In this document: positions 47,107 through 58,716 of the stretch, in pieces | Layout of the letters: every line of letters begins with the position of its first letter | How positions within the stretch are numbered: the stretch's first letter is position 1 | Assembly: GCA_902532195.1 (NCBI GenBank) | Contig: CACAHE010000001.1 | Span: 48,521 to 112,520 of the forward strand | Reading direction: 5' to 3' | Origin: an uncultured Pelagibacteraceae bacterium | GTDB taxonomy: Bacteria; Pseudomonadota; Alphaproteobacteria; Pelagibacterales; Pelagibacteraceae | Length of the DNA: 64,000 nt | Translations under genes and position numbers: made by a program | The notes under the pieces: generated by a model | What the model was told of the DNA's origin: nothing | Seen by the model: the letters and a program-made list of their open reading frames with translations, nothing else | Database searches by the model: none

Positions 47107-48387
47107 TTATCTAGCGTTTATGGTTGGTAAACAATAAAAATCTGCTGTATCGATTTTTGATGAATGTTCTTTTTTCATGTTCCATTTTTTGTAGACCCCT
47201 GCGCTAGCAAGACTTAAAGTTGATCTTCCATATCTATAATTAGTATTATCCATCGACCTCATTAACTTTTTTAGTTTTTCATCTTTTTCAGATGAGAATA
47301 AATTTTTCCCCCCATTTGCATTTGAAAGTCCAGTTAACATAACTCCTACTTTTTGATATCGATAACCATTTTTAAAAATACTTTCTAAAATAGATATTGC
47401 TGCTTTAACTGTTTCGATACTATTATTTGTTGCAATAGGAAAATCGACTGTTTTTGAATTTGAATAGTATCCAAAATTTCTTTGAAAAGAACTTGTTCTT
47501 ACAAAAACTGTTATTGCTTTCGCAACTAAAGACTCTGATCTAATTTTCTCTGATGCATTCAAACAATAATTAGCAACCGCTTCCTTAAGTTCTTGATATC
47601 TTTCAACTCTTTTTCCAAATGAACGTGATACTACACAGCTTTTTCTTTTTGACGTTGTTGTGTCTAGATCAATACAAGAAATTCCTCTTAATTCCATTGC
47701 TGTTCTTGAACTTAAAACATTTGAACATTTTTTAATCCAGGTATTTGATTTATTTTTAAGTTGTTTTGCATTATAAATACCATTTTTTTGATAAAATTTT
47801 GTAAGTTGTTTTCCAATGCCCCAAACATCATTTATTTCTACTTTTTCTAATATTAGATCAATATTTTCTATTCCAACTAAACTTGTAACACCTGATTGTT
47901 TTTTCTTTGCGATATGGTTTGCTACCTTACTTAAAGTTTTTGTTTTTGCTATTCCAATACTAGTTGGTATACCTGTCCATTTTAGAACTGTTGATCTGAT
48001 TTCTCTTCCTACATTTTCTACCTCTGAGTCAGAAAAATTAGATAAATCCATAAAAGCTTCATCAATAGAATAAACTTCTATATCAGAATTGAATCTTTTT
48101 AAGGTTCTCATAACTCTTCTCGATAAATCTCCATATAATGAATAGTTTGAAGAAAAAACATTTACATTATTTTTTATAATTATATCTTTCGCTTTAAAAT
48201 AAGGCTCTCCCATTTTTATTCCTAATGCTTTAGCTTCATTAGATCTTGAAATAATACAACCATCATTATTTGATAAGACGACAACAGGCTTTTTTCTTAT
48301 TTTTGGATTAAATAATCTTTCACAAGAAACATAGAAAGAATTACAATCTACCAGTGCTATTTTTTTAGTATACTGAGTGGATAACAT
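47107..48387 (-). CDS. umuC: Y-family DNA polymerase V subunit UmuC
   Basis: LVDCNSFYVSCE, VLSNNDGC, SSNY.LYGD, YSIDEAF. Confidence 0.93.
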   Translation of the reverse strand: MLSTQYTKKIALVDCNSFYVSCERLFNPKIRKKPVVVLSNNDGCIISRSNEAKALGIKMGEPYFKAKDIIIKNNVNVFSSNYSLYGDLSRRVMRTLKRFNSDIEVYSIDEAFMDLSNFSDSEVENVGREIRSTVLKWTGIPTSIGIAKTKTLSKVANHIAKKKQSGVTSLVGIENIDLILEKVEINDVWGIGKQLTKFYQKNGIYNAKQLKNKSNTWIKKCSNVLSSRTAMELRGISCIDLDTTTSKRKSCVVSRSFGKRVERYQELKEAVANYCLNASEKIRSESLVAKAITVFVRTSSFQRNFGYYSNSKTVDFPIATNNSIETVKAAISILESIFKNGYRYQKVGVMLTGLSNANGGKNLFSSEKDEKLKKLMRSMDNTNYRYGRSTLSLASAGVYKKWNMKKEHSSKIDTADFYCLPTINAR

Positions 48388-48760
48388 AAGTTACAACTCC
48401 CCAAATAAAAATATCCTCTTCTTCATTAATTAAAATTCTATCTTCAAAACTTTTAGATCCAGAAGTTAAAAATTTTTTATCTCTCTCCTGGACAAAACTT
48501 TTAACTACAAGTTCATCATGAACATTTGCAATAACAGTCGAAAAGTTTTTTGGTGTTAAGCTCTTATCGACAACTAATAAATCACCATCGTTAATACCAA
48601 CATCCAACATTGATTTTCCCTGAACTCTTATGATGAAGGTTGCTGGAACATTTTTGATTAAATGAACATTTAGATCGATATCTTCTTCAATATAGTCTGT
48701 AGCAGGCGATGGAAAACCTGCACCAGCTTTATGTAAGTAATATGGTACTGTTAGCTTCAT
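48365..48760 (-). CDS. umuD: UmuD (S24 peptidase) subunit
   Basis: AGFPSPA cleavage site, VQGKSM, LVVK, WGVVT; start MKLTVP at 48760. Confidence 0.9.
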   Translation of the reverse strand: MKLTVPYYLHKAGAGFPSPATDYIEEDIDLNVHLIKNVPATFIIRVQGKSMLDVGINDGDLLVVDKSLTPKNFSTVIANVHDELVVKSFVQERDKKFLTSGSKSFEDRILINEEEDIFIWGVVTYVIHSVY

Positions 48761-48764
48761 AAAT

Positions 48765-48811
48765 GTTCTTCTTTTGTTCTCACTAATACACAAGTTATTC
48801 AATAGTGTCAA
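48765..48811 (-). promoter_or_regulatory. umuDC promoter with alphaproteobacterial LexA box
   Basis: GTTC-TTCTTTT-GTTC at 48765-48779; minus-strand TTGACA at 48806-48811. Confidence 0.85.
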
Positions 48812-48887
48812 TCAGGTTGTATTTTGAGTCTGGAAGTGAATCAAAAGTGAATCAAAACGTGAACATTGAAACCACATTTTGTATGCT

Positions 48888-48896
48888 TGTGGATAA
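48888..48896. promoter_or_regulatory. Perfect DnaA box
   Basis: TGTGGATAA in an intergenic region; function unproven. Confidence 0.5.
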
Positions 48897-48922
48897 CTTT
48901 AACCAGAGATAGTTTAAAACTC

Positions 48923-49399
48923 GTGAAAAAAAAAAGAAAAGATACAAAATTAGTTTCAACAGGAGCTGAATTTATAGTTTTAGGCAAACTTTTACTTCAT
49001 GAGATACAGACTTATAAGACCTACGTAAATTTTGAGGGTTATGATTTAGTTTCTGTTAATCCAAACAAAGGTAAAAGTGCAAAAATTCAGGTTAAAAGTA
49101 AAAATTTTGTTAACGATTTTAGTTTTTATCTAAATCCAGTAGAAAAAGACCAGCCTGATTTTTATGTTTTTTGTCACACAAGTGTTTATCATTATGTTAA
49201 TAAGGTTGCTCAATTGGTTGAGGACAAAAATACAAAGCCAAGATTTTTTATTATGGATTATAAAAGTGTTCAAAAATATAAATCTACCGATAAGCAGGGT
49301 TCTGATTATATAAAATTAAAAACAAGTGTTCCAAATTATGAATTTTATGAAGAAAATTGGAAATTAATTAAAAATTTTTTAGATAAGGGGAAAATATGA
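48923..49399 (+). CDS. Hypothetical PD-(D/E)XK-like nuclease-fold protein
   Basis: GAE...GYDL...IQVKS motif spacing; probable GTG start at 48923. Confidence 0.55.
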   Translation: MKKKRKDTKLVSTGAEFIVLGKLLLHEIQTYKTYVNFEGYDLVSVNPNKGKSAKIQVKSKNFVNDFSFYLNPVEKDQPDFYVFCHTSVYHYVNKVAQLVEDKNTKPRFFIMDYKSVQKYKSTDKQGSDYIKLKTSVPNYEFYEENWKLIKNFLDKGKI

Positions 49400-49761
49400 A
49401 AAAATTAACGTGTCATTGCGGAGGTGTAGAGGCAGAAGTTAATGTTCCTGAAAAGTTTGAAAAAGTTATAAGATGTAACTGCTCAATTTGTAAAAGAAAA
49501 GGTTATGTTATGTCCATGGTTAGTGAAAATGATTTAAAAATTATAAAAGGTGAGGATTTATTAACTCTCTATCAATATCATACAAATATTGCTAAACATT
49601 ATTTTTGTTCAGTGTGTGGCATATATCCTTTCACTAGACCAAGAAGTAATCCAAAAGTTTATATGATAAATATTGCCTGCGTAGAAGGAGTAGATCCATT
49701 TAAATATAAAGATGTATTAGTAAATAATGGTCAAAACCATCCTTTAGATCAAAAAAAATAA
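49396..49761 (+). CDS. GFA/CENP-V family protein
   Basis: CHCG, CNCSIC, HYFCSVCG. Confidence 0.9.
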   Translation: MKKLTCHCGGVEAEVNVPEKFEKVIRCNCSICKRKGYVMSMVSENDLKIIKGEDLLTLYQYHTNIAKHYFCSVCGIYPFTRPRSNPKVYMINIACVEGVDPFKYKDVLVNNGQNHPLDQKK

Positions 49762-49767
49762 TTCAAA

Positions 49768-50697
49768 ATGAAATTAGTTAATAAGTGTTATTCTAAAGTA
49801 AAAAAAAAATGTTTTAAATATCTAAAATCTCAAGAAACAATTACTAACAAGTTTAAAAATAAAGATAAGATGTTAAAATCTTATTTAATTCCTATATGTT
49901 TCTGGATAGTAAAAAAAAGTACAAAAAATAAACCATTTATCATTGGTTTAGCTGGTGGCCAAGGAACAGGAAAGACAACAATTACTTCAATTATTTCATT
50001 AATTTTAAAAAAATATTTTAAACTAAAAGTTTTTAAAATTTCAATTGATGACTTTTATAAAACTAGAAATGAAAGAAGAATATTATCTATCACAAAACAT
50101 CCACTACTAATGACAAGAGGAGTCCCTGGCACACATGACTATAAAATAATCTCTAATTTTTTTAAAAAAATTAAAAGTAAAAAATTTAAAGCTATTAAAT
50201 TACCAAAATTTGATAAATCAATAGATGATAGGTGTAATATAAAATCGTGGTATAAAATTAATTATAGACCTGATGTGATAATATTTGAGGGTTGGTGCGT
50301 TGGTGCAAAAGCTCAAAAAAATTATAAAATTAATAAACCAATAAATTCTTTAGAAAAAGAAAAAGATCCAAATTTAATTTGGAGAAAGTATGTTAATACT
50401 CAATTAAAAACAAATTATAAAAAATTATTTAAACAACTAAATGAGATAATTTATCTTAAAGCTAATAACTTTAAACTACTTCAGGAATGGAGAATTAAAC
50501 AGGAAAGAAGATTGTGGTTAAAATCCAAAAATAAAAAAAATTTAAAAATAATGAGCAAAGGAAATGTAATAAATTTTATGCAAACATACCAAAGAATTAC
50601 ACAAAATATGTTTAAAGACGCGCCAAAATATGCCTCGATTATTTTGAATTTAAATAGTAATCATCAGATTAAATCTGCTAAATATAGAATTAGATAA
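49768..50697 (+). CDS. P-loop kinase (glycerate/uridine kinase-like)
   Basis: GGQGTGKT, SIDDFY, TRGVPGTHD, FEGWCVG. Confidence 0.8.
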   Translation: MKLVNKCYSKVKKKCFKYLKSQETITNKFKNKDKMLKSYLIPICFWIVKKSTKNKPFIIGLAGGQGTGKTTITSIISLILKKYFKLKVFKISIDDFYKTRNERRILSITKHPLLMTRGVPGTHDYKIISNFFKKIKSKKFKAIKLPKFDKSIDDRCNIKSWYKINYRPDVIIFEGWCVGAKAQKNYKINKPINSLEKEKDPNLIWRKYVNTQLKTNYKKLFKQLNEIIYLKANNFKLLQEWRIKQERRLWLKSKNKKNLKIMSKGNVINFMQTYQRITQNMFKDAPKYASIILNLNSNHQIKSAKYRIR

Positions 50698-51998
50698 TGA
50701 AAAAAAAACTTTTTTTAATATTGTTATTCCCCTTTTTGATGTCTGGCGAGGTTTTTGCAATCACGTTGTTGGATGCTTTAAATTTAGCATTTAAAAACAA
50801 TACAGAATTAAATGCTGAAAGAGAAAATATTGAAATCGCAAAACAGGACTTGAACATTTCAAGAGGCAATTATCTTCCTAATGTTACTATAACTGGATCA
50901 AAAAGTAGCGAAAATACAAATAAACTCACTAATCGTGATGGTTCAGATGCGTCTATTAGTGATGTAGATCCAGTAACAACTACATTAAAAATTGATCAAA
51001 AAATTTTGGATTTCGGTAGAAAAGCAGATTATCAAAAAAGTGAATCAGGAATAATATTAGCTGAGGCTAAATTATTAAAAAAGCAACAAGAGATATTATA
51101 TAAAGCAGTCGAAGTATACTCGGGCCTAATTTTAGCAAATGAAAAAGTAACAATCAATCAAATCAATGTTAATCTCCTTGAAAGACAAGTAGAAACAGAC
51201 AGCATAAGGCTTGACAAAGGAGATATAACTTTATCTGACTTGGCTCAATCAGAAGCATCTTTATTAGGAGCAAGAGCAAAACTAATAGAATCCCAAAATA
51301 ATTTAGTTACTAGCAAATTGAATTATGAAAATGTTATTGGCTCAATCAATGATGTGGAAAATTTAGAAAAATCTATAAATTATATTGGAAAGATTCCAGC
51401 TGACTTAAATGAAGCTTTAAATTTATCAAAAAATAATAATCCTGACATAATGATTTCAAAAATAGAACTTGATCAATCCGAAGACGATGTTCAAATAGCA
51501 AAATCCGATTTATCTCCCTCGGCAACTATATCTCTTGAAAAAAGTTATACGGAGGATCTGAGCACAACTTACGATGAAAGAGAAAAAGATATTTTAAAAG
51601 CATCAATTTCATGGCCATTCTTTTCAGGTGGAAAAAATTACGCAAAAGTTAAAAAAAACAAAAATCTAAACAATCGAAAAAAATTACTTTATGAAAATAC
51701 AGTCAAAAGTAATAAAACCAATATAGCCAGCGCTTGGTCAAATTTACAATCATCAAAAAGTCTTTTAGACTCAGTAACTTCACAAGTAAAAGCTGCTGAA
51801 ATTGCAAACGAAGGTATCACAGGAGAGTATGAAAGTGGAGCTGGACAAAGATCAACTCTGGATGTTATTCAATCTAATTCTCTTTTGTTAAATGCTAAAA
51901 TTTCTTTAGCTAATTCGGAGAGAAACTATTTGTTAGCTCAATTCAATCTTTTAAAATCAATTGGACTACTGAATCGAAACTATTTAAAACTCCAATAA
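50697..51998 (+). CDS. TolC-family outer membrane protein
   Basis: Signal peptide, two OEP repeats, EY..G.RSTLDV. Confidence 0.85.
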   Translation: MKKKLFLILLFPFLMSGEVFAITLLDALNLAFKNNTELNAERENIEIAKQDLNISRGNYLPNVTITGSKSSENTNKLTNRDGSDASISDVDPVTTTLKIDQKILDFGRKADYQKSESGIILAEAKLLKKQQEILYKAVEVYSGLILANEKVTINQINVNLLERQVETDSIRLDKGDITLSDLAQSEASLLGARAKLIESQNNLVTSKLNYENVIGSINDVENLEKSINYIGKIPADLNEALNLSKNNNPDIMISKIELDQSEDDVQIAKSDLSPSATISLEKSYTEDLSTTYDEREKDILKASISWPFFSGGKNYAKVKKNKNLNNRKKLLYENTVKSNKTNIASAWSNLQSSKSLLDSVTSQVKAAEIANEGITGEYESGAGQRSTLDVIQSNSLLLNAKISLANSERNYLLAQFNLLKSIGLLNRNYLKLQ

Positions 51999-52041
51999 AT
52001 ATTAGGTTTTTTAACTAATTTTATAATTTTATTGCCAAAAA

Positions 52042-52056
52042 GAACAAAATGTGTAC
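52042..52056 (+). promoter_or_regulatory. LexA (SOS) box upstream of recA
   Basis: GAAC-AAAATGT-GTAC, the alphaproteobacterial GAAC-N7-GTAC form. Confidence 0.85.
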
Positions 52057-52105
52057 ATTTAAAACATGATTCGTATGTTAAAAAAAGTAAAAAAAAGAGG
52101 CAAAA

Positions 52106-53230
52106 ATGACAAAAAATAACTTAAAAGTAGTAAAATCTACTAAAAATCAAGAATTGGAAAATAAGGAAAAAAATAAAGCTTTAGAAGCAGCAATAAGTCA
52201 AATCACGGACAATTTTGGAAAAGGGTCTGTAATGAGACTTGGTCAACAAAAAGCTATGGACATAGAGTCGGTTTCAACTGGCTCACTAAGTTTAGATTTA
52301 GCACTTGGAATTGGTGGACTGCCAAAAGGAAGAATTATTGAAATTTATGGTCCAGAGTCATCAGGAAAAACAACGCTTGCACTGCAGGTTGTTGCTGAAG
52401 CTCAAAAAGCAGGTGGTATTTGTGGATTTGTTGATGCAGAACATGCCTTAGATCCAGTTTATGCAAAAAAATTAGGAGTAAACACAGAGGAATTGCTAAT
52501 CTCCCAACCAGATACGGGTGAACAAGCATTAGAAATTACTGACACTCTAATTAAATCAGGATCAATGTCAGTTATCGTAATAGACTCCGTTGCAGCATTA
52601 ACTCCTAGAGCAGAAATAGAGGGGGATATGGGGGATCATCATGTTGGCCTTCAAGCAAGATTAATGAGCCAAGCATTAAGAAAATTAACTGGTTCGGTTT
52701 CTAGAACAAATACAATGGTTGTTTTCATCAATCAAATAAGAATGAAAATTGGTGTTATGTTTGGAAGTCCAGAGACCACATCAGGTGGAAATTCACTTAA
52801 ATTCTATTCATCAGTAAGAATGGATATAAGAAGAACAGGAGCAATTAAGGAAAAAGAAAATATTATTGGAAACACAACCAGAGTAAAAGTTGTTAAAAAT
52901 AAAGTGTCGCCACCATTTAAAGTTGTTGAATTTGACCTAATGTATGGAAAGGGAATTAGTAAATCTGGTGAACTAATAGATTTAGGTTCTAAAGCTGAAA
53001 TTGTAGAAAAATCAGGAGCTTGGTATGCATACAAAGGTGAAAAAATTGGTCAAGGTAGAGAGAACGCCAAACTTTACTTAGAACAAAATCCTAAAGCTGC
53101 AGCCGAAATAGAAATGGCTATCAGAGAAAAAGCTGGCGTAATTTCTAAAAAAATTGAAGGTAATCCAAAAGACCAGGAAAAAGAAAAAACTGAATCAAAA
53201 GAAGAAGAAGTGCCAACAAAAAAAAATTAA
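52106..53230 (+). CDS. recA: Recombinase A
   Basis: [35 protein letters not shown]. Confidence 0.98.
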   Translation: MTKNNLKVVKSTKNQELENKEKNKALEAAISQITDNFGKGSVMRLGQQKAMDIESVSTGSLSLDLALGIGGLPKGRIIEIYGPESSGKTTLALQVVAEAQKAGGICGFVDAEHALDPVYAKKLGVNTEELLISQPDTGEQALEITDTLIKSGSMSVIVIDSVAALTPRAEIEGDMGDHHVGLQARLMSQALRKLTGSVSRTNTMVVFINQIRMKIGVMFGSPETTSGGNSLKFYSSVRMDIRRTGAIKEKENIIGNTTRVKVVKNKVSPPFKVVEFDLMYGKGISKSGELIDLGSKAEIVEKSGAWYAYKGEKIGQGRENAKLYLEQNPKAAAEIEMAIREKAGVISKKIEGNPKDQEKEKTESKEEEVPTKKN

Positions 53231-53243
53231 CTTTTAGTTATCT

Positions 53244-53272
53244 AAAAAGGCGCTTATTTTAAGCGCCTTTTT
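53244..53272. terminator. Intrinsic terminator after recA
   Basis: AAAAAGGCGCTTA-ttt-TAAGCGCCTTTTT. Confidence 0.85.
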
Positions 53273-53320
53273 CCCCTACTGCCACCTAGACATCGAACAA
53301 AAAAGCTGTATTTTAAAAAA

Positions 53321-55987
53321 ATGGCAGACAAAACACTAAATGAAATAAGAAATGCTTTTCTTAAATATTTTGAGAAAAATGATCATAAAATTATCGAGTC
53401 AAGTAATTTAGTTCCCAACAATGACCCCACCTTAATGTTTGCGAACTCAGGAATGGTACAATTTAAAAATGTATTTACAGGTTTAGAAAAAAGAGACTAT
53501 CAAAGAGCAACTACATCTCAAAAATGTGTTAGAGCAGGTGGAAAACATAATGATTTAGAAAATGTAGGCTATACTCCAAGACATCATACTTTTTTTGAAA
53601 TGCTAGGTAATTTTTCTTTTGGAGATTATTTTAAAGATAGAGGAATTGAATTAGCATGGAATTTAATAACTAAAGAATTTGGAATAGATAAAAATAAACT
53701 ATATTTTACAGTATTTAATGAGGATGAAGAAGCATTTAATCTTTGGAAAAAAATTACTGGATTTGGCGAAGATAGAATAATTAAAATTTCTACATCTGAT
53801 AATTTTTGGTCCATGGGAGAAACAGGTCCATGTGGTCCTTGTTCTGAAATTTTTTATGATCATGGAGATCATTTAAAAGGAGGTTTGCCTGGAACAAAAG
53901 ATCAAGATGGAGATAGATATATTGAGATTTGGAATTTAGTTTTTATGCAATTTGAGCAGGTGTCAAAAGACAAAAGAATAAATCTACCAAAGCCATCGGT
54001 GGATACTGGAATGGGTTTAGAAAGAATAGCGGCATTATTGCAAGGTACACACGATAATTATAAAACAGATCACTTTATTAAATTAATAAATTCTACAGCA
54101 GATGTACTTAAAACAAAGCCTAATGAAAAAAATATATCAAGTTTTAGAGTTATAGCTGACCATCTAAGAGCAAGTTCATTTTTAATTGCGGAAGGAGTTT
54201 TGCCTTCAAATGAGGGACGGGGATATGTTCTTCGTAGAATAATGAGAAGAGGAATGAGACATTCTCATTATTTAGGAGCAAAAAAACCAATATTTTTTAA
54301 TATTTTTAAAACTTTAATGAATGATATGTCAGATAATTACCCTGAACTTAAAAGAGCAGAGTCACTTATTAAAGAAACTTTAAGAATGGAAGAAGAAAAA
54401 TTTTTAGTTCTTTTAGATAGAGGTATGAAAATTTTAAATGATGAAATAAGTAGTGTTGATAAAATTTTATCTGGTGAAGTTGCTTTTAAATTATATGATA
54501 CCTATGGTTTTCCTTTAGATCTAACAGAGGATATATTAAAAACAAAATCATTAACTGTTGACCACAGTAAATTTAATTCATTAATGCAGCAAAGTAGAGA
54601 ACTTGCAAAAAAAAATTGGAAAGGTTCAGGTGATAGCATGGTTGACAACATATGGTTTGGTATTAAAGATAAAATACAAACTACTGAATTTTTAGGATAT
54701 GAAACTAATCATGCAGAAGGAATTATTTTATCTTTAATTAAAAATAACAAAGAAGTAAAAAGTATAAATGTCGGTGATGAGGCAATGATCATTTTAAATC
54801 AAACACCTTTTTATGGTGAGTCTGGAGGTCAAATAGGAGACGCAGGAGTTATAGTTTCAGGTGATTTTATATTTAAAGTTGACGATGTTCAAAAAAAACT
54901 GGGAGATCTTTATGTTCATTATGGAAAAGTTGAAAAAGGATCAATTAAATTAAATGATAATGTAGAAATGAAAATTGATATTGATAGAAGAGAAAACATA
55001 AGAGCTTATCATTCTGCCACCCATCTTCTTCATGAATCTTTAAGAAGAGTTTTAGGAAATCATGTAATTCAAAAAGGGTCTTTGGTTGCTCATGACAGAT
55101 TAAGATTTGATTTTAGTCACATGAAACCAATTTCGAGTGAGGAAATAGATAAAATTGAAAAATTTGTAAATGAAATGGTTAAAACAAAATCTGAAGTAAA
55201 AACACGATTAATGACACCTAAGGAAGCAGTAGATAATGGTGCTTTGGCTTTATTTGGTGAAAAATATGGAGATGAAGTAAGAGTTCTTTCAATGGGGGAT
55301 GAAAAAAATAAATATTTTTCAACAGAGTTATGTGGTGGAACCCATGTCAGAAATACAGGAGATATAGGTAAATTTAAAATTGTAAACCAATCATCTATTG
55401 CTGCAGGAATAAGAAGAGTTGAAGCTCTAAGAGATAAACAATTAGAAGATTATTTAACTAAAAAAGAAAAATTATCCGATCTATCAATCCAAAAAAATGA
55501 AGAAATTATAAAAAATCTTGCTGATCAAATTATCAAGTTAGGAGGCAATCCAAAATTAAATTTTGATAATCAAAAAGATTTAATAAAAAACCTTAATAAG
55601 CAATTTGACCAGCTATCCGTAAAAGGTATTCTAAGCGATAAGTCAAAAAATATCATTAAAGATGAAAAAATTAAAAAAATCAATGTTAGGTTTCAAAAAA
55701 TTATTGGTCTTCCCACAAAAGATTTAAGAAAATTAGTTGATAGCGGAAAAAAAGAAATAGGTGAAGGAGTAGTAATTATATTTGCGTGCAATGATGACAA
55801 AATTGGTTTAGCAGTTGGAATTACAGATAAACTTACAAGTAAATATAATGCTGTTAATTTTGCTAAAATAGCCTCAGAAACTATTGGAGGAAAGGGAGGT
55901 GGAGGAAGACCTGATTTTGCACAAGCAGGTGGCATATTAGAGGATAAGATTGACGAGTCTTTTAATAAAATAAAATCTTTAATTTAA
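53321..55987 (+). CDS. alaS: Alanine--tRNA ligase
   Basis: [44 protein letters not shown]. Confidence 0.98.
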   Translation: MADKTLNEIRNAFLKYFEKNDHKIIESSNLVPNNDPTLMFANSGMVQFKNVFTGLEKRDYQRATTSQKCVRAGGKHNDLENVGYTPRHHTFFEMLGNFSFGDYFKDRGIELAWNLITKEFGIDKNKLYFTVFNEDEEAFNLWKKITGFGEDRIIKISTSDNFWSMGETGPCGPCSEIFYDHGDHLKGGLPGTKDQDGDRYIEIWNLVFMQFEQVSKDKRINLPKPSVDTGMGLERIAALLQGTHDNYKTDHFIKLINSTADVLKTKPNEKNISSFRVIADHLRASSFLIAEGVLPSNEGRGYVLRRIMRRGMRHSHYLGAKKPIFFNIFKTLMNDMSDNYPELKRAESLIKETLRMEEEKFLVLLDRGMKILNDEISSVDKILSGEVAFKLYDTYGFPLDLTEDILKTKSLTVDHSKFNSLMQQSRELAKKNWKGSGDSMVDNIWFGIKDKIQTTEFLGYETNHAEGIILSLIKNNKEVKSINVGDEAMIILNQTPFYGESGGQIGDAGVIVSGDFIFKVDDVQKKLGDLYVHYGKVEKGSIKLNDNVEMKIDIDRRENIRAYHSATHLLHESLRRVLGNHVIQKGSLVAHDRLRFDFSHMKPISSEEIDKIEKFVNEMVKTKSEVKTRLMTPKEAVDNGALALFGEKYGDEVRVLSMGDEKNKYFSTELCGGTHVRNTGDIGKFKIVNQSSIAAGIRRVEALRDKQLEDYLTKKEKLSDLSIQKNEEIIKNLADQIIKLGGNPKLNFDNQKDLIKNLNKQFDQLSVKGILSDKSKNIIKDEKIKKINVRFQKIIGLPTKDLRKLVDSGKKEIGEGVVIIFACNDDKIGLAVGITDKLTSKYNAVNFAKIASETIGGKGGGGRPDFAQAGGILEDKIDESFNKIKSLI

Positions 55988-57193
55988 TTTTTTTTTAAGA
56001 TTTTCATCTATTTTATCTAAAAATTGACTTGTTGTTAAATATTTAGTTGATGAACTAATTAAAATTGCTAAATCTTTAGTCATAAATCCACTTTCAACCG
56101 TTTCTATGCATACAGTTTCTAAAGTTTTTACAAATTTTTTTAATTGTTCATTGTTGTCAATTTTTGCTCTGTGGTATAAACCTCTCGCCCAAGCAAATAT
56201 AGATGCAATTGGATTGGTTGAAGTTTCTTTTCCTTGTTGATGCAATCTATAATGTCTTGTAACAGTACCATGAGCTGCTTCAGCCTCGATTGTATTACCG
56301 TCTGGAGTCATAAGTACACTTGTCATTAATCCTAAAGATCCAAATCCTTGCGCAATTGTATCAGATTGTACATCGCCATCATAATTTTTACATGCCCAAA
56401 TATAATTTCCATTCCATTTCATTGCACATGCTACCATATCATCAATAAGTCTATGTTCGTAAGTAATTTTTCTTTCTTCAAACTTTTTTTTAAATTCTTT
56501 TTCATAAACTTCTTGAAACAGATCTTTAAATCTACCATCATATTTTTTCAAAATTGTATTTTTTGTAGAAAGATAAACTGGCCATTTTCTATTAAGTCCA
56601 TAATTCATACAAGCTCTAGCAAAATCTTTTATAGACTGATCCAGATTATACATTGAAAGAGCTACACCTGGTCCTGGGAAGTTAAATACTTCGTACTCTT
56701 TTTTTTGAGATCCATCTTCTGAAGTCCACTTTATTTCAAGTTTTCCTTTGCCAGGAACTTTGAAGTCTGTTGCTCTATATTGATCTCCAAAAGCATGTCT
56801 TCCTATACAGATAGGGTTTGTCCAACTTGGAACTAATTTAGGAATATTTTTACATAAAATTGGTTCTCTAAAAACTGTTCCTCCTAAAATATTTCTAATG
56901 GTACCATTAGGAGATCTCCACATTTTTTTTAAATTAAATTCTTTTACTCTTAATTCATCAGGTGTGATTGTTGCACATTTAATACCAACTCCATTTTTTT
57001 TAATTGCCTTTGCGCAGTCTATAGTTACTTGATCGTTTGTTTTATCTCGATTTTTTATTCCAAGATCATAATAATCAATTCCTAGGTCAAGATATGCGAG
57101 GATTAATTTATTTTTAATAAATTCCCAGATAACCCTGGTCATTTCATCACCATTTAACTCAACAACTGGATTTTTTACCTTAATTTTACTCAT
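55979..57193 (-). CDS. icd: Isocitrate dehydrogenase (NADP, type II)
   Basis: [41 protein letters not shown]. Confidence 0.96.
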   Translation of the reverse strand: MSKIKVKNPVVELNGDEMTRVIWEFIKNKLILAYLDLGIDYYDLGIKNRDKTNDQVTIDCAKAIKKNGVGIKCATITPDELRVKEFNLKKMWRSPNGTIRNILGGTVFREPILCKNIPKLVPSWTNPICIGRHAFGDQYRATDFKVPGKGKLEIKWTSEDGSQKKEYEVFNFPGPGVALSMYNLDQSIKDFARACMNYGLNRKWPVYLSTKNTILKKYDGRFKDLFQEVYEKEFKKKFEERKITYEHRLIDDMVACAMKWNGNYIWACKNYDGDVQSDTIAQGFGSLGLMTSVLMTPDGNTIEAEAAHGTVTRHYRLHQQGKETSTNPIASIFAWARGLYHRAKIDNNEQLKKFVKTLETVCIETVESGFMTKDLAILISSSTKYLTTSQFLDKIDENLKKKLN

Positions 57194-57267
57194 ATTTAGA
57201 TGTATCTTAATAGTTGAATTTAATTAACTTATATACATATTAACCTAAAATTATCAAATATACGATC

Positions 57268-57915
57268 ATGATGGACAAAATATTTCCTAAGGTTCACGAA
57301 GAAGGGTACAAATTTTTAACTATATTTGTACTCTTAACTATAATTTTATACTTTGTGAATGGGTTTTTAGGATTAATTGGACTGATTTTAACTATTTGGT
57401 GTTACTATTTTTTTAGAGATCCAGAAAGAATTTCAATTAACGATGATAATTATCTTGTTAGTCCAGCAGACGGCTTAATAATTCAGGTTTTAGATACAAA
57501 TGGTCCAAAAGAATTAGGTTTAGAAAATAAAAAATTTAAAAAAATTAGTATTTTTATGAATGTTTTTGATTGCCATGTAAACAGGTCTCCTTGTTCAGGA
57601 TTAGTATCAGAAATTTTATATAAACCTGGAAAATTTTTTAATGCATCTTTAGATAAAGCTAGTGAACACAATGAGAGAAATTATTATAAAATTAAATGTT
57701 CTAACGGTGAAGAAATAATTGTTGTACAAATAGCAGGATTAATTGCTAGAAGAATAGTTACTGAAGTTAGCAAAGAGCAGGAATTACAACAAGGTTCAAA
57801 AATAGGTATGATAAGATTCGGAAGTAGAGCTGATATATATTTTGAAAATTATAATCCATTAGTTAAAGTAAATCAAAAAGCAATTGCAGGAGAAACTCTC
57901 CTGGCTAAAAAATAA
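57268..57915 (+). CDS. psd: Phosphatidylserine decarboxylase
   Basis: FFRDPER, SPADG, HVNRSP, IRFGSR. Confidence 0.93.
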   Translation: MMDKIFPKVHEEGYKFLTIFVLLTIILYFVNGFLGLIGLILTIWCYYFFRDPERISINDDNYLVSPADGLIIQVLDTNGPKELGLENKKFKKISIFMNVFDCHVNRSPCSGLVSEILYKPGKFFNASLDKASEHNERNYYKIKCSNGEEIIVVQIAGLIARRIVTEVSKEQELQQGSKIGMIRFGSRADIYFENYNPLVKVNQKAIAGETLLAKK

Positions 57916-57918
57916 TTT

Positions 57919-58716
57919 ATGCAACCACAAAAAAATAATTTTAAAATAGTATCAAATAAAAATACAAGAATAATTCTACCAAATATATTTACTTTAATAG
58001 GGGTATGCATTGGATTAAGCTCAATCAAATTTGCATTTGATGGAAGATTTGAGATTTCAGTTATAGCAATCATTGTTGCTGGAGTTATTGATGGACTTGA
58101 TGGACGTATAGCTAGATTAATTAAAGGAACTTCAAAAGTTGGAAAAGAATTAGACTCACTTACTGATGTTATTAGCTTTGGAGTAGCACCAGCTTTTATA
58201 ATGTATTTTTGGAAACTCAATGAACTTGGTAGAATTGGTTGGTTAATATGTTTAATCTATGTTGTCTGTGTTGCATTAAGACTAGCAAGATTTAATGTTA
58301 ATTCAGGAGGAGAATCATCATGGAAAGATAATTTTTTTGAAGGGATGCCCTCTCCAGCTGGTGGTGTAATAGTTTTAATGCCACTTGTTTTTAGTTTTAG
58401 CGAGCTTCAGTTTGTTACAATAAATTATAATTTGGTTGTTCCAGCTTTATTTATAATAATTTCATTCTTATTGATTAGTAAAATACCAACTTATTCATTA
58501 AAAAGAATAGCTGTACCAAGAAGCATGACAATTTTTTTATTATTTACAATAGTTTTGTATTTTGGATTATTGTTAATATATAGTTTTAATACAATCTTAA
58601 TTTCTGGCATATTATATTTTTTATTGATTCCCATAAGCTCAATTCATTATTATAAATTAAAAGGACAATTTAAGACACAATTGGATGATACAGAAGACCA
58701 CGAAGATATACTTTAA
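57919..58716 (+). CDS. pssA: Phosphatidylserine synthase
   Basis: DGLDGRIAR...GKELDSLTD, LRLARFN, GMPSP. Confidence 0.92.
   Translation: MQPQKNNFKIVSNKNTRIILPNIFTLIGVCIGLSSIKFAFDGRFEISVIAIIVAGVIDGLDGRIARLIKGTSKVGKELDSLTDVISFGVAPAFIMYFWKLNELGRIGWLICLIYVVCVALRLARFNVNSGGESSWKDNFFEGMPSPAGGVIVLMPLVFSFSELQFVTINYNLVVPALFIIISFLLISKIPTYSLKRIAVPRSMTIFLLFTIVLYFGLLLIYSFNTILISGILYFLLIPISSIHYYKLKGQFKTQLDDTEDHEDIL

Noticed and set aside
48376-48385. Near-DnaA box AGTGGATAA
   Set aside because: One mismatch and inside the umuD/umuC coding overlap, so explained by coding constraint
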